Source: Octopus vulgaris (taxonomy: Eukaryota). From it: a stretch of DNA of 64,000 nucleotides. Made by a program: the position numbers and the translations under genes. Shown here in pieces: positions 26,195 to 39,791 of this stretch; the stretch's first letter is position 1; the number at the start of each line of letters is the position of its first letter. The stretch lies in assembly GCA_951406725.2 (NCBI GenBank), contig OX597819.1, positions 75,826,001-75,890,000 on the forward strand, in the 5' to 3' direction. The notes beneath the pieces are model-generated. The model was not told the origin of the DNA. It made no database searches and worked only from the letters and a program-made list of their open reading frames with translations.

Positions 26195-26883
26195 AATTTA
26201 GGGTAGCAAAAAATTCAATAGAAATTTATCGCTACCAGCGGCCTAGTGGAAAAGAGAAAATAGTCAAAGACTAAATATATAAATATAACAATTTAGGAGT
26301 GACCTTAACAGGCCATTCGTCCACTAGAAAGAGCAGCCATAACTCACACCGCCAAGTAGTAGTAATTCAGAAATTAGGTGAAAATTTAAAAACATTTACC
26401 CTAATTCATCTTTTAGACGATGCATCGTTTCTGTGTTATTAATGATTAAATTAGCTTAATTAAATTAAATTAAGCTAATCTACCATAGGTCACACTTCAT
26501 CAGTAAAAAACCTGGGAGAGACAAATTAAATACACGAGGCGTCTGTATCGATGCCTCCGGAATATCTGTCTTAAAATTTTCAAGACCGACGTATTCGCGC
26601 CAAACTTATCAGCAGTAAATATAAACTGCCGATTCAATCTCACAATTATTCAGAAAATTATCAATTAGTCAATTTAGGGTAGCAAAAAATTCAATAGAAA
26701 TTTATCGCTACCAGCGGCCTAGTGGAAAAGAGAAAATAGTCAAAGACTAAATATATAAATATAACAATTTAGGAGTAACCTTAACAGGCCATTCGTCCAC
26801 TAGAAAGAGCAGCCATAACTCACACCGCCAAGTAGTAGTAATTCAGAAATTAGGTGAAAATTTAAAAACATTTACCCTAATTC
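26191..26883 (-). mobile_element. Retrozyme/pLTR-like element: 217-bp direct repeats (26191-26407, 26667-26883; period 476 bp) around an HHR
   Basis: The repeats differ at one visible position (GGAGTGACC vs GGAGTAACC). HHR lies in the unique part; the element abuts (TA)n ending at 26190; no ORF. Confidence 0.8.
26410..26509 (-). ncRNA. Type I hammerhead ribozyme with extended stem II
   Basis: Minus strand: TTTTA-CTGATGA-A-GTGT...ACAC-A-GAAA-CGATGCATCG-TC-TAAAA. Stem III is the perfect palindrome ACGATGCATCGT; stem II encloses the ATTAGCTTAATT/AATTAAGCTAAT hairpin; GUC triplet. Confidence 0.85.
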
Positions 26884-27020
26884 GGTAAACCCACACATAT
26901 ACACACATACCTGCTTCTCAGAACGTTTCTTCACCCATTCCCTTCCGGTGGTTTCAAAATGCGACCACATGTGAATCATTGGCGACTTTTTCGCTCTGTC
27001 TTCCTTTTCTATTGGACTCT

Positions 27021-27060
27021 CCTGTTACTGAAGAAGAGCTTTGCTCGAAACGTAAAACCA
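27021..27060 (+). ncRNA. Minimal HHR core (stem I degenerate) inside a ~200-bp element (~26955-27160)
   Basis: CTGAAGA-A-GAGC(ttt)GCTC-GAAA-CG-TA with palindromic ACGT stem III. Related sequence at 52835-53000 (minus) and a 3' fragment at ~7520-7585. Confidence 0.6.
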
Positions 27061-27180
27061 CCTTTCTTTCCTTCCCTGAGCGTCTGCTAATACTTTACAT
27101 GTACCACGTCCTCGCATTGATTTATGTGTGTTTGTTATTCGATTATTGGATTTACTATATACAAACTTGTATTGTGTATA

Positions 27181-27400
27181 CTCTTTACTCTTTTACTTGT
27201 TTCAGTCATTTGATTGCGGCCATGCTGGAGCACCGCTTTCAATCGAGCAACTCGACCCCGGGACTTATTCTTTTGTAAGCCCAGTACTTATTCTATCGGT
27301 CTCTTTTGCCGAACCACTAAGTACCGTGTACATAAACACACCAGCATCGGTTGTCAAGCAATGTTAGGAGGACAAACACAGACACACAAACACGCACACG

Positions 27401-27455
<55 letters not shown>

Positions 27456-27621
27456 TTACGATGGGCTTCTTTCAGTTTCCGTCTACCAAATCCACTCACA
27501 AGGCTTTGGTCGGCCCGAGGCTATAGTAGAAGACACTTACCCAAGGTGCCACGCAGTGGGACTGAACCCAGAACCATATGGTTGGTAAACAAGCTACTTA
27601 CCACACAGCCACACCTGCGCC
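27181..27621 (-). mobile_element. SINE family B full-length
   Basis: Reverse complement of family B including the central (TA)n. Confidence 0.9.
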
Positions 27622-27685
27622 TGTATATTTACTTTTACTATCCCCAGGCTATGTTTATTTACACACACAGACATGGTCAATGTTA

Positions 27686-28140
27686 ATGGGGAAAACAACC
27701 CCGCGAAGTTTTCGGCGGCTGCTGCAATGGCAACGAAAAATAATGATATTCCTGTAGACATGCTTACAGGAATATTTTTAAATGATGAATGAAGAAGACG
27801 TTGATATTAAACTATCACCTTCCTCCAATACGGTTGAAACGGATAGAAAAGCAATTATGTTTGAGTCGTATTGTCCTGACAACAGAAGTTTTAAACACTT
27901 CGAAAAAGAAAAGATAGAAAAATTCTTGCTCCGATATGTGACCCCGATATGTGACCCTCGATATGTGACCCCCGATATGTGACCACAATATGTCAGAATC
28001 GACGGTATTTTCATTGAAAACTTCTACATCTTAGACAATCACGTATACTCAAATATAAAACCTGGACAAATTAAAAATAAAGAACTCTTCTCTAATACTC
28101 TGAAACTAGCCTCTCCCGACAACTCCCTTCCTTTTCATAT
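27686..28140 (+). pseudogene. Possible decayed gag-like ORF1 N-terminus containing a ~13-bp tandem repeat (CCGATATGTGACC x ~4, 27931-27993)
   Basis: Coding-like composition (ENNPAKFSAAAAMAT..; ETDRKAIMFESY..EKEKIEKFL). The repeat is directly visible; product identity is a guess. Confidence 0.3.
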
Positions 28141-28319
28141 CGAAGCAAATACGTATAATTTATTTCCATTAATATTTAGCGATCTCTGTCAGTAAAATGT
28201 ATTGTCTTCACTTCTGAACATAGATATTTGTTTCCTAACAAGCAATTATAATATTCGATTGAGATGTTCAACAAAGTCGAGATATTTAGATATGAAAAAA
28301 AATCGAACCAAAATCCCCA

Positions 28320-28437
<118 letters not shown>

Positions 28438-30385
28438 TTACACACACAAATGAAATATTTTACAAAGAAGGCGTTATTTTTATAATGGAATTTGGGGGAT
28501 ATTGTCATAAACAACATTCTCGCGTCTTTGTATTTTTTACCTGGATCGTATTCTCCTGCTATACTTTTCTTTCATTCTTTCTTTCATTCTTTCATTCTTT
28601 CTTTCTTTCTCCCCCCGTCTTATTCATTCATTGTCTATTTTGCCATCACCTCCGTTGCCATCGCCACCGTCGCCCCGCCACCGCAACCACCGTTGCCGCT
28701 ACCGCCGCCGCGGCAGCAGCCGCAGCCGCCGCTTTCACCCCCACATTTTCTACTACCCACACCGCTGCCAGTGCCTCCCCTGCCATCTTTATCGGCTATA
28801 AACATTTCCAAGAGTGTGAAAGAAAGAGAAAGACAAAGGTAGGAATAAAGAAGGGTCAGTACTTAGCAGTGCACAGTTAAATTACCGATACCGAGAGAAT
28901 GAATGATAGAGTTGACCATGGCGAGATGTGAACTCTGAAAGGGCCGAAAATCAGAACAAGTACCAGAAGGCATTTTACCGATACTCTAACGATTATGCAA
29001 TCCATAGCCCTAATAATCTTTAAATGTGACAGAAGACGAACATTTTGGTGAAAAGGGTTATTTGATAAGATGAGCAATAAAGAGCAGACGGGATTTGAAC
29101 TCAACGCGCAGATAACCAGAACAAATAGTGCAAGGTATTCTATCAGGCTTTCTCATGACTTTGTCAGTTCAATGCATTAACATCTGCAACTCCATAGGCA
29201 GGAAATTGAAAATATATTATCTTTAAAATTAATTAAAAAGAATCGATTTTGTTCTGTTCTTGAGTTTCACTTGTTTGGAAAGTGATTTGATCTGAAACCG
29301 TGTATTGAGATTAAAACAAATGCATCGACCTAGAGTAATTTTAACTATGAAAAAACGCTCATATATTATCATACACAGGTTTACATTTTTCATGATTTTG
29401 TAATAAAGTATATTTTAGGACGGGTGGCATGATAACATTATCTTTGATGTGTTAAAAATTATACAATATTGAAAACATTGTTGATTATCTAAACAAAACT
29501 GATTAATTTGGAGAGAAATCTATAAACATAACGAGCGAACATCTACAGGGTTGTGGTACGCCCTGCTGCCAACAGTTGCGTAATTACACAAAAACATTAC
29601 ATTCTACAATCTAAAATATAGAAGGATATTTTTGAAACTTTTGATATATAAACAGACAAGTCATGGCTGGAAAGCATCTGACCATAGCGGTGTTCGACCA
29701 AAGATGAACTGGAACTAAGCAACGTTTATAACAAAAAAGTAAACAAATTAAATCACCAGGATAATTCAAACGTAAGAGTTCAAATTCTAGAATCAATATT
29801 ACTTTTTGTCTCCGGTCAGGGTCATCGATTCATGATTATCATTTCTCTTTTACAAATAACGAATTTGAAACCATTATAACAAAAACACGGAGAGAAAAAC
29901 GACGCTTTTAATATCATAGTAAAGCGGCCATAGAGGCACAACAATCTGCACCTTTTTAAACCACTGCATTGATAAAATAAACACTAGTAATATATCCGTG
30001 TCAATTCAATTAACATTGCTCTTGTGCCTAGTTTAAAGAAAACACTAATATTGCATAAGTAGCGTATTAAACCACCGAGGAGGCCTGTACGCGATCGCTC
30101 GAGTTTCGAGTAAGAGTAGTTCTATTATCCTTCAAAATCATACGTGTTGTTTCTATTTGCTCTTGTCTGCTCAACCGAAAACGAATACCAACATAGTGTA
30201 GGTGCTGTCCTCTCACCCGCAATCTATCACATGCTTGATCTTTCGTTAGATGAAGGGTGCCAGGCCCAGTGTCTGTCTATGTTGGCTCATAAATACACAG
30301 GTGCCTGAAACTAGTGAGGACATCATGGTATTTGCTACCAGGTCGTAGTCCCTTGCGAGTAAAGGTTATGTATTTTTTAAATATA

Positions 30386-30620
30386 CTACCACCTCCACCA
30401 ACACAACCACTACCACCACCACCACCACCCGCATCCTCCTCCTCCTCATCATCATCATCACCAGCAGCAGCGTAACCGCCGCCACCACCACCACCATCAT
30501 CACTACCACCATCACAACCACCAGTAGCACTAAGACCAGCACCACCAGCACCATTAGTACTACTAGTACCAGCGACAGTATCACCACTACCACCAGCACC
30601 AGTACCACCATCAACAACAA
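30386..30620. repeat. Compound (ACC)/(CAT)/(CAG) trinucleotide low-complexity tract
   Basis: Directly visible. Confidence 0.9.
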
Positions 30621-30701
30621 TATTAAAACTGTAAAAGTTTATGCAAGTTCCTACTCATATCAGTTGACAATGTTTATTACTTTACATGAAGACAGTGAAA
30701 C

Positions 30702-30908
30702 AGCAAGGGAGTTAGCGCGCCAGACAAAATATATAGTGGTATTTTGTCCGTCTTTACGTTCTGAGTCTGAATTCCGCCGAGGTCGACTTTAGCTTTCATC
30801 TTTTCAGCGTCGATAAAATAAGTACCAGTTGAGTACTTGGGTCAATGTAATCAACTAATCCCTCCCTCCGAAATTGCTGGTCTTGTGTCAACATTTAAAA
30901 CCAATATT
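30702..30908 (+). mobile_element. SINE family C copy
   Basis: TTACGTTCTGAG..ATTCCGCCGAGGTCGACTTT..CGATAAAATAAGTACCAGTTGAG matches the 23119 copy. Confidence 0.8.
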
Positions 30909-32117
30909 ATTTCACATAGAGTAATAAATCCCTCTAAAGAAGAAAAAAATAATAAACAGCTCGTGTTCCACATTCAATCAAGTGAAATACAGAGCTTTTA
31001 TTGCTAATCAAAACAAAAGCTAATACTCTTCTCCAATGAACCAATATGCTAATTGTTTTGTTTATTTTAAATAGTAGAGTGCTCATAACCTTGTCCTCTT
31101 TTCCTACGCTACCTAATCATAACATTCAAACAACAGTGCCACGTTACCTTTTTATTTGTGCAATTGCATAAACAATATGCACAGGAAATAATGCATTAAC
31201 AAATTGCATTATTTTAATTTATAATGAGTTGCACAAAGAATGTGTTCTTAGCGACCATCCCCAATATGTTTAATCTGCATATCATGATGAAAAAAGATTT
31301 GTATAGAAGAAACAAATGGCGACAATGAAAAGAAGGAAAGAAAAATAAAAAAAATTAAATAATTAAAATTAATAAAAATTGCATTCCTAACTTCCCACCC
31401 CCAACATATAATAAAGTAACATTAACAACGGAAACAAGAACAAAACCACCATCAGTAAATTTAGCCAAGAAAATTAGCTACAACAACCAAATGTAACGAG
31501 AAGTCGGACAAAGCGACTGGCAAGAAGTGCTTCGTTAAAAATACCACATGCGCACGGACATGTGTGTTGGAGCACACATACACATACATGCAATGAAACC
31601 CACATACTGCCTCCGCATATACTAATTCTACATCGACCAAAAGTATCATGAATATATTGATTCTTTTCATGTGTAAATTAAGTGCTCTACAACTACATAG
31701 GGGCTATGTCTAATGCCTATCTGAAACAAATTAAAAGGAAAAAAAATGAATCTCAAGAATACCCATATTGATAACCTACTGGATTGAGTTGCTGCCTCAC
31801 AGAATTTGGCATGTTTTCTGTTATTTTGTTATAAACCACTTGTATATAATGAACTTTCTGCAATCAAAGGGGACGAGGTTTCTAGTTGTCTTGATTTCGT
31901 TTCTTTTTCTCGTTCCATTTTTTGCACCAATCTTCTTCACGCTTTTCCTAATTTTTTTTTTACTGTCTGGTGTCCTTGTTTTAAAAATATATAACGTATA
32001 AACAGATCCTGAAAGATTGCCTTAAGAAACACGGCGTATTTTATAAATATACCTGTTCAATTATCATAAAAGCATGAAAGTATTAGTAGCTCTTTCAGTT
32101 GTGTATTTAAATTTATA

Positions 32118-32203
<86 letters not shown>

Positions 32204-32281
32204 TACATTGAAATAATTATATCAATGTAATGTTATTACGGTTGTAGATAAAAAGTGTATATCTTATTTTTTCTTTTCTAA

Positions 32282-32415
32282 TCTAGGCACAAGGCCCGAT
32301 ATTTTGGGGGAAGGGGCCAGTCGATTAGATCGACCCCAGTACAACCTCGAAAGTATGAAAGGCAAAGTCGACCTCGACAGAATTTGAACTCAGAACATAA
32401 TGACAGACGAAAATG
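32282..32415 (-). mobile_element. SINE family C, internally deleted
   Basis: GAAAGGCAAAGTCGACCTCGACAGAATTTGAACTCAGAAC. Confidence 0.7.
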
Positions 32416-33934
32416 CTGTATATTTTATGAGACAAAAAAAAAAGGACCTTCTTAGGTTTCAACAGAGAACGAATGCATAGCTACTGTCACAGTTCACCGA
32501 GGTTTGCCAAACGTCACTGTTTGTGTTACTGTTTCATTTCCACATAGTTGAAAGAAATGTTAACTCCAGCCTCACTTAAGTTCTGAATCATGCCCAATAT
32601 AACTGAATGAAATATCAGGTTAACAATTTCTACAATACTGAATCTGCTTTACTGTGTTTAAAACCATTGCGTAATTAATGTACGTAAAACATTCAGTACA
32701 GATGATGATATCCGAATTGGACATAAGAAAACTAGCATCGGGAGACAAATATAACATAAAGTGAAAAAAACACACACACACACACGCACACGGACACACA
32801 TACACAAACACACACACACGCACATATACGCGACGAGCTTCTTCATTCAATCTACAAAATTCACTAACAAGGCATTAGTCAGCACGGGGTTAAAAGTGAC
32901 AATTCCTCAAGATATAAAACAGTGGGACTGAGTCTGAAACCACGTGGTTACAAAACAAGGTTCTTAGAAAACAAACACAGCCATACCTGAGACTATAATA
33001 AAAATAAATATAACCTTTAGATATTTTCCATATTGTATAATCGGTATAGATTTTTCTGTGTCTGGAAGAAAGAATGAGTGAGATATGAATACCATATCGA
33101 GATCTGAACTCAGAATAGCAATGAAAAGAATTGGAAACCCTAATATATTTAGTCTACTACTCTATTACTGTCTCAGTACGTACTTACACATTATATATAC
33201 TTATTTATGTATATATCTATGTATGTGTACCTGTGAATGCTTATGTGTATAAATTATCATTAGTTTTCGTGGCGAATGAAGTAGAAATCAATTAATTACA
33301 AGGGAATAAGATCAATGAATTTTAATATCGATAGAAGGCAGAAGCGTGAGGTTAATCGAATTTCAAATTGTAAAACCTTATTAAGAATGCATCATAGAAT
33401 ACCTTTGATTTGAAAAAAAGGGAGGTAGCAGTTAAATTTCTGATGAAAATAGTACAAATAAAGGAAGTACATGTGAATTTTGATGACTACAAAAATATAG
33501 GAAGCAAAATATTAAAACGGATAATAAAATTAATGAAAAATTATGAGAAAAGGTGATCGATGTAATTTGCTTGCATTAATTGGTGCTTTCTTTGTTTCGA
33601 TTTGAAAGACTACTAATTCCTGATTACTTTTTAATGGAAACTTCTAATAATGGTTATTGCACAAAAATAAATAAAAATTACATTGTATCTCCAAAAATTC
33701 AGACTACTAGATGTCATTTATTATGTCGACAATATTTCGATGCTGTGGTAGTAAAAAGCGATTTGCGGTAAAATCGCGGTTAGGCAGTTCAATTCTAAGA
33801 TGACGGTGACTTAGAAAAGAACAGTTCTAAACATGCATCGTGATTTGTAAGAAACAGTATATAGATAGAACTATATTCTTTAAAAAAATCTTTTAGCTCT
33901 ATAGGGATTTCACATAACCATAAAATGGAATATA

Positions 33935-35144
33935 TCAGGTTGAGTAAGCAACGTTTTAGACCATGACGAATTTGTACGGGATTTTTGCTGAGTTTTGAAT
34001 TTTTTAAACATTTTTTGCAATTATCTGATAAAACAGACATAGACTTACCCAAACGCATCAATAAATTAACATTGATTTTTTTTCACCGTTGTTACAATCA
34101 CCTTAAATCGAATTGTCAAAGCGCGATATTCGAGCAATTTTGCTATTCAACTTCAACACAGGACGTAAAGCAGCTAAAATCCCTCTCGATATCAACGAGG
34201 AAATGACCAGTGAGTGGTCAGCTCGAAAATGGTTTAAACGATTTCGCAGTGGAAACCTGAGGCTTGAAGATCGTGAGCGTAGGGGACGCCCATCTGTCAT
34301 CGATGACTGTCAATTAAAAACCATCATTGAGAAAGATCCACGTAAAACTACTCGAGAACTGCAAAAGAACTTCAAGTTAACCGGAAAACTGCCCGCAACT
34401 ATTTGCATGCGATCGGAAAAACAAAATAGTTCGACAAATGGGTACCACACGATTTGAATGATGATCAGAAAGTGCGCAGATTTGAAATTTGCTCGTCGCT
34501 TATACTCCGTAACCAGACAGATCAATTTCTCGACTGTATTGTAACTTGCGATGAAAAGTGGATCCTGTACAATAATAAAAAGCGTTCTTCGCACCGAGCT
34601 CTTTAAAAAGGTTATGGTGACTGTTTGGTGGTGTACTGCTGGACTCATTCACTCTAACTTCTCAAACCCTGAAAAACCATTACTGTAGAAACATATTGCC
34701 ATGAAATTGCCAAAGTGAACGAAAAACTGCTATTCCTCCGTCCCAAACTGGTCAACAGGAGAGGGCCAATCATTCTTCATGACAATGTTCGGCCATACGT
34801 TTCACTAATGGCCCTCCAGAAGTTGATGGAACCTGGCTACAAAGTTCTCCCCCTCCTAGCCTATTCCCCAGACTTTTCTCCTACCGACTACTACTTTTTC
34901 AAGCACCTTGATGGTTTCCTGCGAGAGAAGGACTTCAAAAATCAAACCGATGCTGAAAGTGCGTTCAAAGAGTTCATCAGCTCTAGAATTCCAGATTTTT
35001 ATGTTACCGGAATAAGCAAACTCGTTGGCAAAAATGTGTTGACTGTAATGGTATTTACTTTCATGAATAAAATTTCCACATTGTTGAAATATACTGTGAT
35101 GAATTTCTTGTTTCAAAATTTTGTTTACTTTTTACTCAACTTGA
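33935..35144 (+). mobile_element. mariner transposon (Hsmar1/cecropia-like), both TIRs, frameshifted DD34D transposase
   Basis: TA|TCAGGTTGAGTAA ... TTACTCAACTTGA|TA; WFKRFRSGN..EDRERRGRP, WVPH, IVTCDEKWI, LHDNVRP, YSPDFSPTDYYFF. Confidence 0.93.
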
Positions 35145-35494
35145 TATATTACTTTATAAACAAAGTCCAACAATAAGGAGTATATGTAAATTAAGAAAAA
35201 ATAGATGAATTATGGCAATAGTAATAAATAATGCTGATGCCTATATATTTTAACTATATTGTGTTGCGAGTGTCAACCAGATAACGAAACAAAAGTTAAA
35301 GATATAATGTATATATACTGAAAAACAGTACATACTCTCAAGTAGTAAAATGAGTGACATTTTCTCCGAAATAACAGTATCTTTAATTTATCGCTCCTTA
35401 AGATAAATCTTAAAAAGTAAAATATTTAGATTTCGTAGAAGAGATAAAATCGTTGAAGTTGTTTATTTCCTATAGGTGAAATACACATCGAAGA

Positions 35495-36150
35495 TATTTA
35501 TTTATATCCCCTGCAGAAACTGCAGAAGATATAAGAATATTGTAAGCTGTTCTTCTGAATCTGGTATCTCAGGGTTACCAGCGTTTCATCCGGGTGGTCT
35601 CGCCCTCGGAAAAAGTTCTGTTTGTGTTCTCTTGTCAACCTCTTCCCACTAGAATTGATTTTAGCTGCTCTGCCTATCCCCTGGCTCACATTCTTCAGTT
35701 GTCCGGGTTTCAAACCAATCCTCTGCAGGGAGTACCGCACCGGCATAACTGGAAAGCCTCCCTAGCCGATTTCAATAGGGAATAAGGCAGCGTGCTTTTT
35801 CCCTTCATAAGTGTTTCGTCGACCTAAGTCCTGATATTTAGCCTTCTTCAGCTGGTGAGAAATGTTGAGTCTGTTCTCGCAATGAATTTTAAATGCAACT
35901 ACAATGATTATTTTTGCACACCTGGAGAGTTAAAACATGTCCAGCCGGAGTGATTTTATCGCTACCTCCTCAAGGAAGTCGAGTCTGTCTTTCAGGTTCA
36001 TTTGCATTTGCAGTCTGACTACGGTTTCAAAATAGACATTAGGTCCACTACTGTTGCTTTCATTTTAAGAGCTTTCTCATAGGAATCTGATATCCTTGTT
36101 TAGTGTTCGCTGCTGTTTGTTAGCCTTATCACGTAAGAATAAATTCGACG
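35495..36150 (-). pseudogene. Possible decayed gag-like/ORF1 fragment of a non-LTR element
   Basis: Coding-like minus strand with an FPR-like motif resembling NRLFPRRVRK at ~55060-55090; weak. Confidence 0.3.
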
Positions 36151-36342
36151 CACAATGCACCCGAACAAAAGAAATATATAGATAAGGTTAGACATAGAAA
36201 GGCATGAATGACGGATTCTCAGTTTCCTTCTCGATTGTCACTGATCATTGACTAATCAATGGCAGAAGGCATCAGTCGAATAAATACAGTTATACGCTGT
36301 CATGTTTGGGAAATGTTCCTCTCTTGATTGTTATAACAACGC

Positions 36343-36343
<1 letters not shown>

Positions 36344-36416
<73 letters not shown>

Positions 36417-36455
36417 GTCTGTCTGTATGTCTGTCTACTTATTTATCTGTATGTG

Positions 36456-36505
<50 letters not shown>

Positions 36506-36575
36506 GTGTGTGAGAGAGAGAGAAAGAGAGAAAAAGTGTGTGTGAGAGAGAGAGAAAGAGAGTAAAAGAGTGTGT

Positions 36576-36650
<75 letters not shown>
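36344..36650. repeat. (CTAT)n/(GA)n/(GT)n compound microsatellite
   Basis: Directly visible. Confidence 0.95.
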
Positions 36651-36657
<7 letters not shown>

Positions 36658-39600
36658 AGTAAGAATTACTATTCACGTACAGTGTTGATATAAAATATTT
36701 CTGTTCAGAATATGAATATATTCATGCGTACATCTGTTTACACATTTACTCACACTCATACACGTGTGAGTGCACCTACGTACTCACACTGATACACACA
36801 GCCACGTCTACATACACACACACACACGAACACCTACCTACCTACATACATATACACGCACACTAAGTATAATGAATATTTAAGAAAATTAAAAAAGTAT
36901 TGTTATTACGGATTACTATTGAAAATACTACTAACGGATAGATAATCATTTATTTATCTGATTTAAAAAAATAAATTTATACTGAGTTTTTTGAAAATAG
37001 ACTCACAAAATGATTATATATTGTGTTAGATGAAATCACTCTGTTCTTCTTTCCTTTACAAAGAAGTCTTGTTATCAGCTTATTTCCTAAAGTGCACACG
37101 TTTCCAAGTCTGTGTATATAATGCATCTATTGTACAGCATAAATTAATGCCTAATTAAAAGATACGAATAACAACAAAAGTTGGTGGAAGAGAATTTCTT
37201 CTTTCATATACTGATGGTACTAAGTGGTTTAATTTTAGTACTATTTTGTTTGCTCTTTATCTTTAAAATGTGAAATAGTTGGCTGGACGAATGAATCCCA
37301 GGCAATGAACGTCAACAAATATCCTGCTATTGTAAAATGTGCATGTACTCATGAATTAAGTGACAAGATATTTAGATTTGTAAAACACAGAAAAACATTT
37401 AGTGTTCCCCGTTCTCATACTGCGCCGTTCCTTGTTCTGATGCATACAGTAGTACCCGTTATCATTCTTGAGACTTAATTTATAAGGAAAATTCTAACAG
37501 GCTCGAATCCCTTTCTTTGGGTATTCAAATTACTGTGGTGAAAATTTGATAATAGTTTGTTTCGAATTTTAAAAAGAACGCATTTTACCTAAAAAGTTGA
37601 AAGACTCTTTGATATATGTATCTATTGCGTTCTAATTTTCCCGCAGCCCTGTTTTACCCATTGATGTTTTTCTGATGAGGTGGAGTTTTCTGACACCTTT
37701 CTTAATTCTTTTCTGAGGAGGTGGAGTTTCCTGACACCTTAGCATAATTCTTTTCGCTGTAGTTCATTTCTTCTTTTTAAAAATCTTTTATTGTAATAGT
37801 ATTGCTATTTCCACCCGGGTACCTGTGAACCCTTTCAGCTTCTTCCAGGATTGAGTACGAGGTGGCCCCTCTTTCCTTTTCATAAAACTTAAGAGAGGGT
37901 TCTCAAGATACTGGCCTCCACTGGTCTTGTTGCTTCAGCTTCATTTCTGCTGCTTTCCTTTCTACTTTTCTAGCTCATCAGATCAAAGGAAGCTCAAATG
38001 TTTTGTTTTTAATTAGTACATGTATAACAACATGTATACATGTACCATCAGGCTCATTACTTTTATCTCTGCACCCCAAATAGGTGCAGCTCTAGTCCCT
38101 GATTTTCAGGAACCAGTAGGATTGCATTTTATTCCTGATCATTCCCGATTGCAGATCACCTCTGTGTTGATAATACAAAGGTAATAAAATTTAAGGAGAC
38201 GACACAGGACAAAATCATTATTGATGCAATGACAGTTGTCGTCGAATCTCCCTAATTCAGCTATTTCGATACAAATATGTGGATATGTGTATGACACTAT
38301 TTCAGCCCAGTTTCTGGATGTAGCCTCAGTCCTAAAATCATAACAGTTTCATAAACCTTACCACACGCATCCGTGGGTATTTATTCCGATATATCATGTA
38401 GGTTTTCTTTCAGTTGCTATTTGAAGGATTATTAGAAGCTCACAAAGTCTATAGAAGGACACACACAAATTAGTTTGTCGCTGTTATTTGTTCTCCTGTA
38501 TTGTTCACAGATAGTTACATATGGCTACTTGGTTTGTCATAATGGTACACCTGCTCATATCTATAATGTTCTTAACAGTTTTTGTCCAAAGGTGTTTTTT
38601 AATCTCCATGTTTCATAAAATATCATTTATTGCTGGAATGATATTCAAAGTGTATTTTTAAAGAAGATTTATTTACATAGTCCCCAATGCTTTCATTGTT
38701 ACGTTCTAAATCTAACACTGTGTGTGTTGTGTGTGTGTGTGTGTGCGTGTGTGTGTGTGTGTGTGTATGTGTGTTGTTTTTACAATAACATTGTATAAAG
38801 TAAAATGGTGTCCTGTAGTTAATGCAGCTTCATCTGTTCGACTGCGGACTCGTGGATCGAAAATACTATGCTTGGAAAACAGGTAAAGTTTGGTAGCAGG
38901 AAGAGTATTCCTCCACAGGAATACGCCTCAATAAGCTTAGTCTATCACTTGCCAGCATGGAAAAACGGACGTGAAAAGCGACGATTGACGATTGAATACA
39001 CAAATGAATTTTCAAAGACCCCCCCCCCCCCCCCCAAAAAAAAAACAACGACCAGAAAACAAAAACAAAAACTAGAACAAAATAAAAAACAAACAAACAA
39101 AAACAACCCAACTTAAAATAATAGCTCTGACAATATTCAAATTTTGGAATGATAGAAGTTAATATAATTGTAGAAAAGAAATGATAAACGTTAATGGAAC
39201 AATAAAGTCGAAGATACAATTTAGATATATCAAACCGTTTCATTAATACTATTAGTTCAGTTGTAATCATTGGCTTTTATAAACAGTTATGAATATTTAG
39301 ATTTACTACCAAACAAAATTCACTTATCAATGAGTTGTAGGTCAATTTATGTTTTAAAATAATCGTGAAATATGCGAGTGACAGAAAACACACACACACA
39401 CGCGTGCGCACGCACACACACATACACACAGAGACACATACACAATGTTACTGAAGTAATATAGATAATATAGATAATGTTAACAACAGTTCGACAATGA
39501 AGTCAGTTGGTACTGTTTGCGGGATTGTGGTTACGAAAGATGAGATAAGAGCGACTTGAAAGAAACATTTATGGAATGACTGATATATCAAGAACAAAAT

Positions 39601-39691
39601 ATGATATCGGAGAAAATAATTCGCTGCGGGTAAAAATCTAAAACAGAAAAAAAACATCAATACCGATGCAACCAATACAAAATAGAGACCA

Positions 39692-39791
39692 CTTTGATCA
39701 TCGAACTCAACGCCTTGATCATCAAATCCTATGCTTTGATCATCGAATCCTATCCTTTGATCGTCGAACCCGACGCTTTGATTATTGAGCC
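39692..39791. repeat. 21-bp minisatellite, ~4.8 copies (consensus ~CTTTGATCATCGAATCCTATG)
   Basis: Units CTTTGATCATCGAACTCAACG / CCTTGATCATCAAATCCTATG / CTTTGATCATCGAATCCTATC / CTTTGATCGTCGAACCCGACG / CTTTGATTATTGAGCC. Confidence 0.85.

Noticed and set aside
28485-28880. Ala/Pro-rich ORFs as a transcription-factor exon
   Set aside because: Explained by a (GCC/ACC)n low-complexity tract next to TTTC repeats; no domain recognised.
37666-37741. CTGATGA in a ~41-bp two-copy tandem as a hammerhead
   Set aside because: No downstream GAAA, stem III or UH site. Isolated CTGATGA at ~7351, ~14255, ~33440 and ~55912 were rejected for the same reason.
38110-38882. Candidate host exons (AG..GT-bounded segments at ~38110-38180 and ~38819-38882)
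   Set aside because: Splice-like dinucleotides only; no recognisable protein similarity. RNA-seq would be needed.
39692-39791. Regularly spaced repeats as a CRISPR-like array
   Set aside because: Contiguous 21-bp tandem units without unique spacers, in a eukaryotic context with no cas genes.
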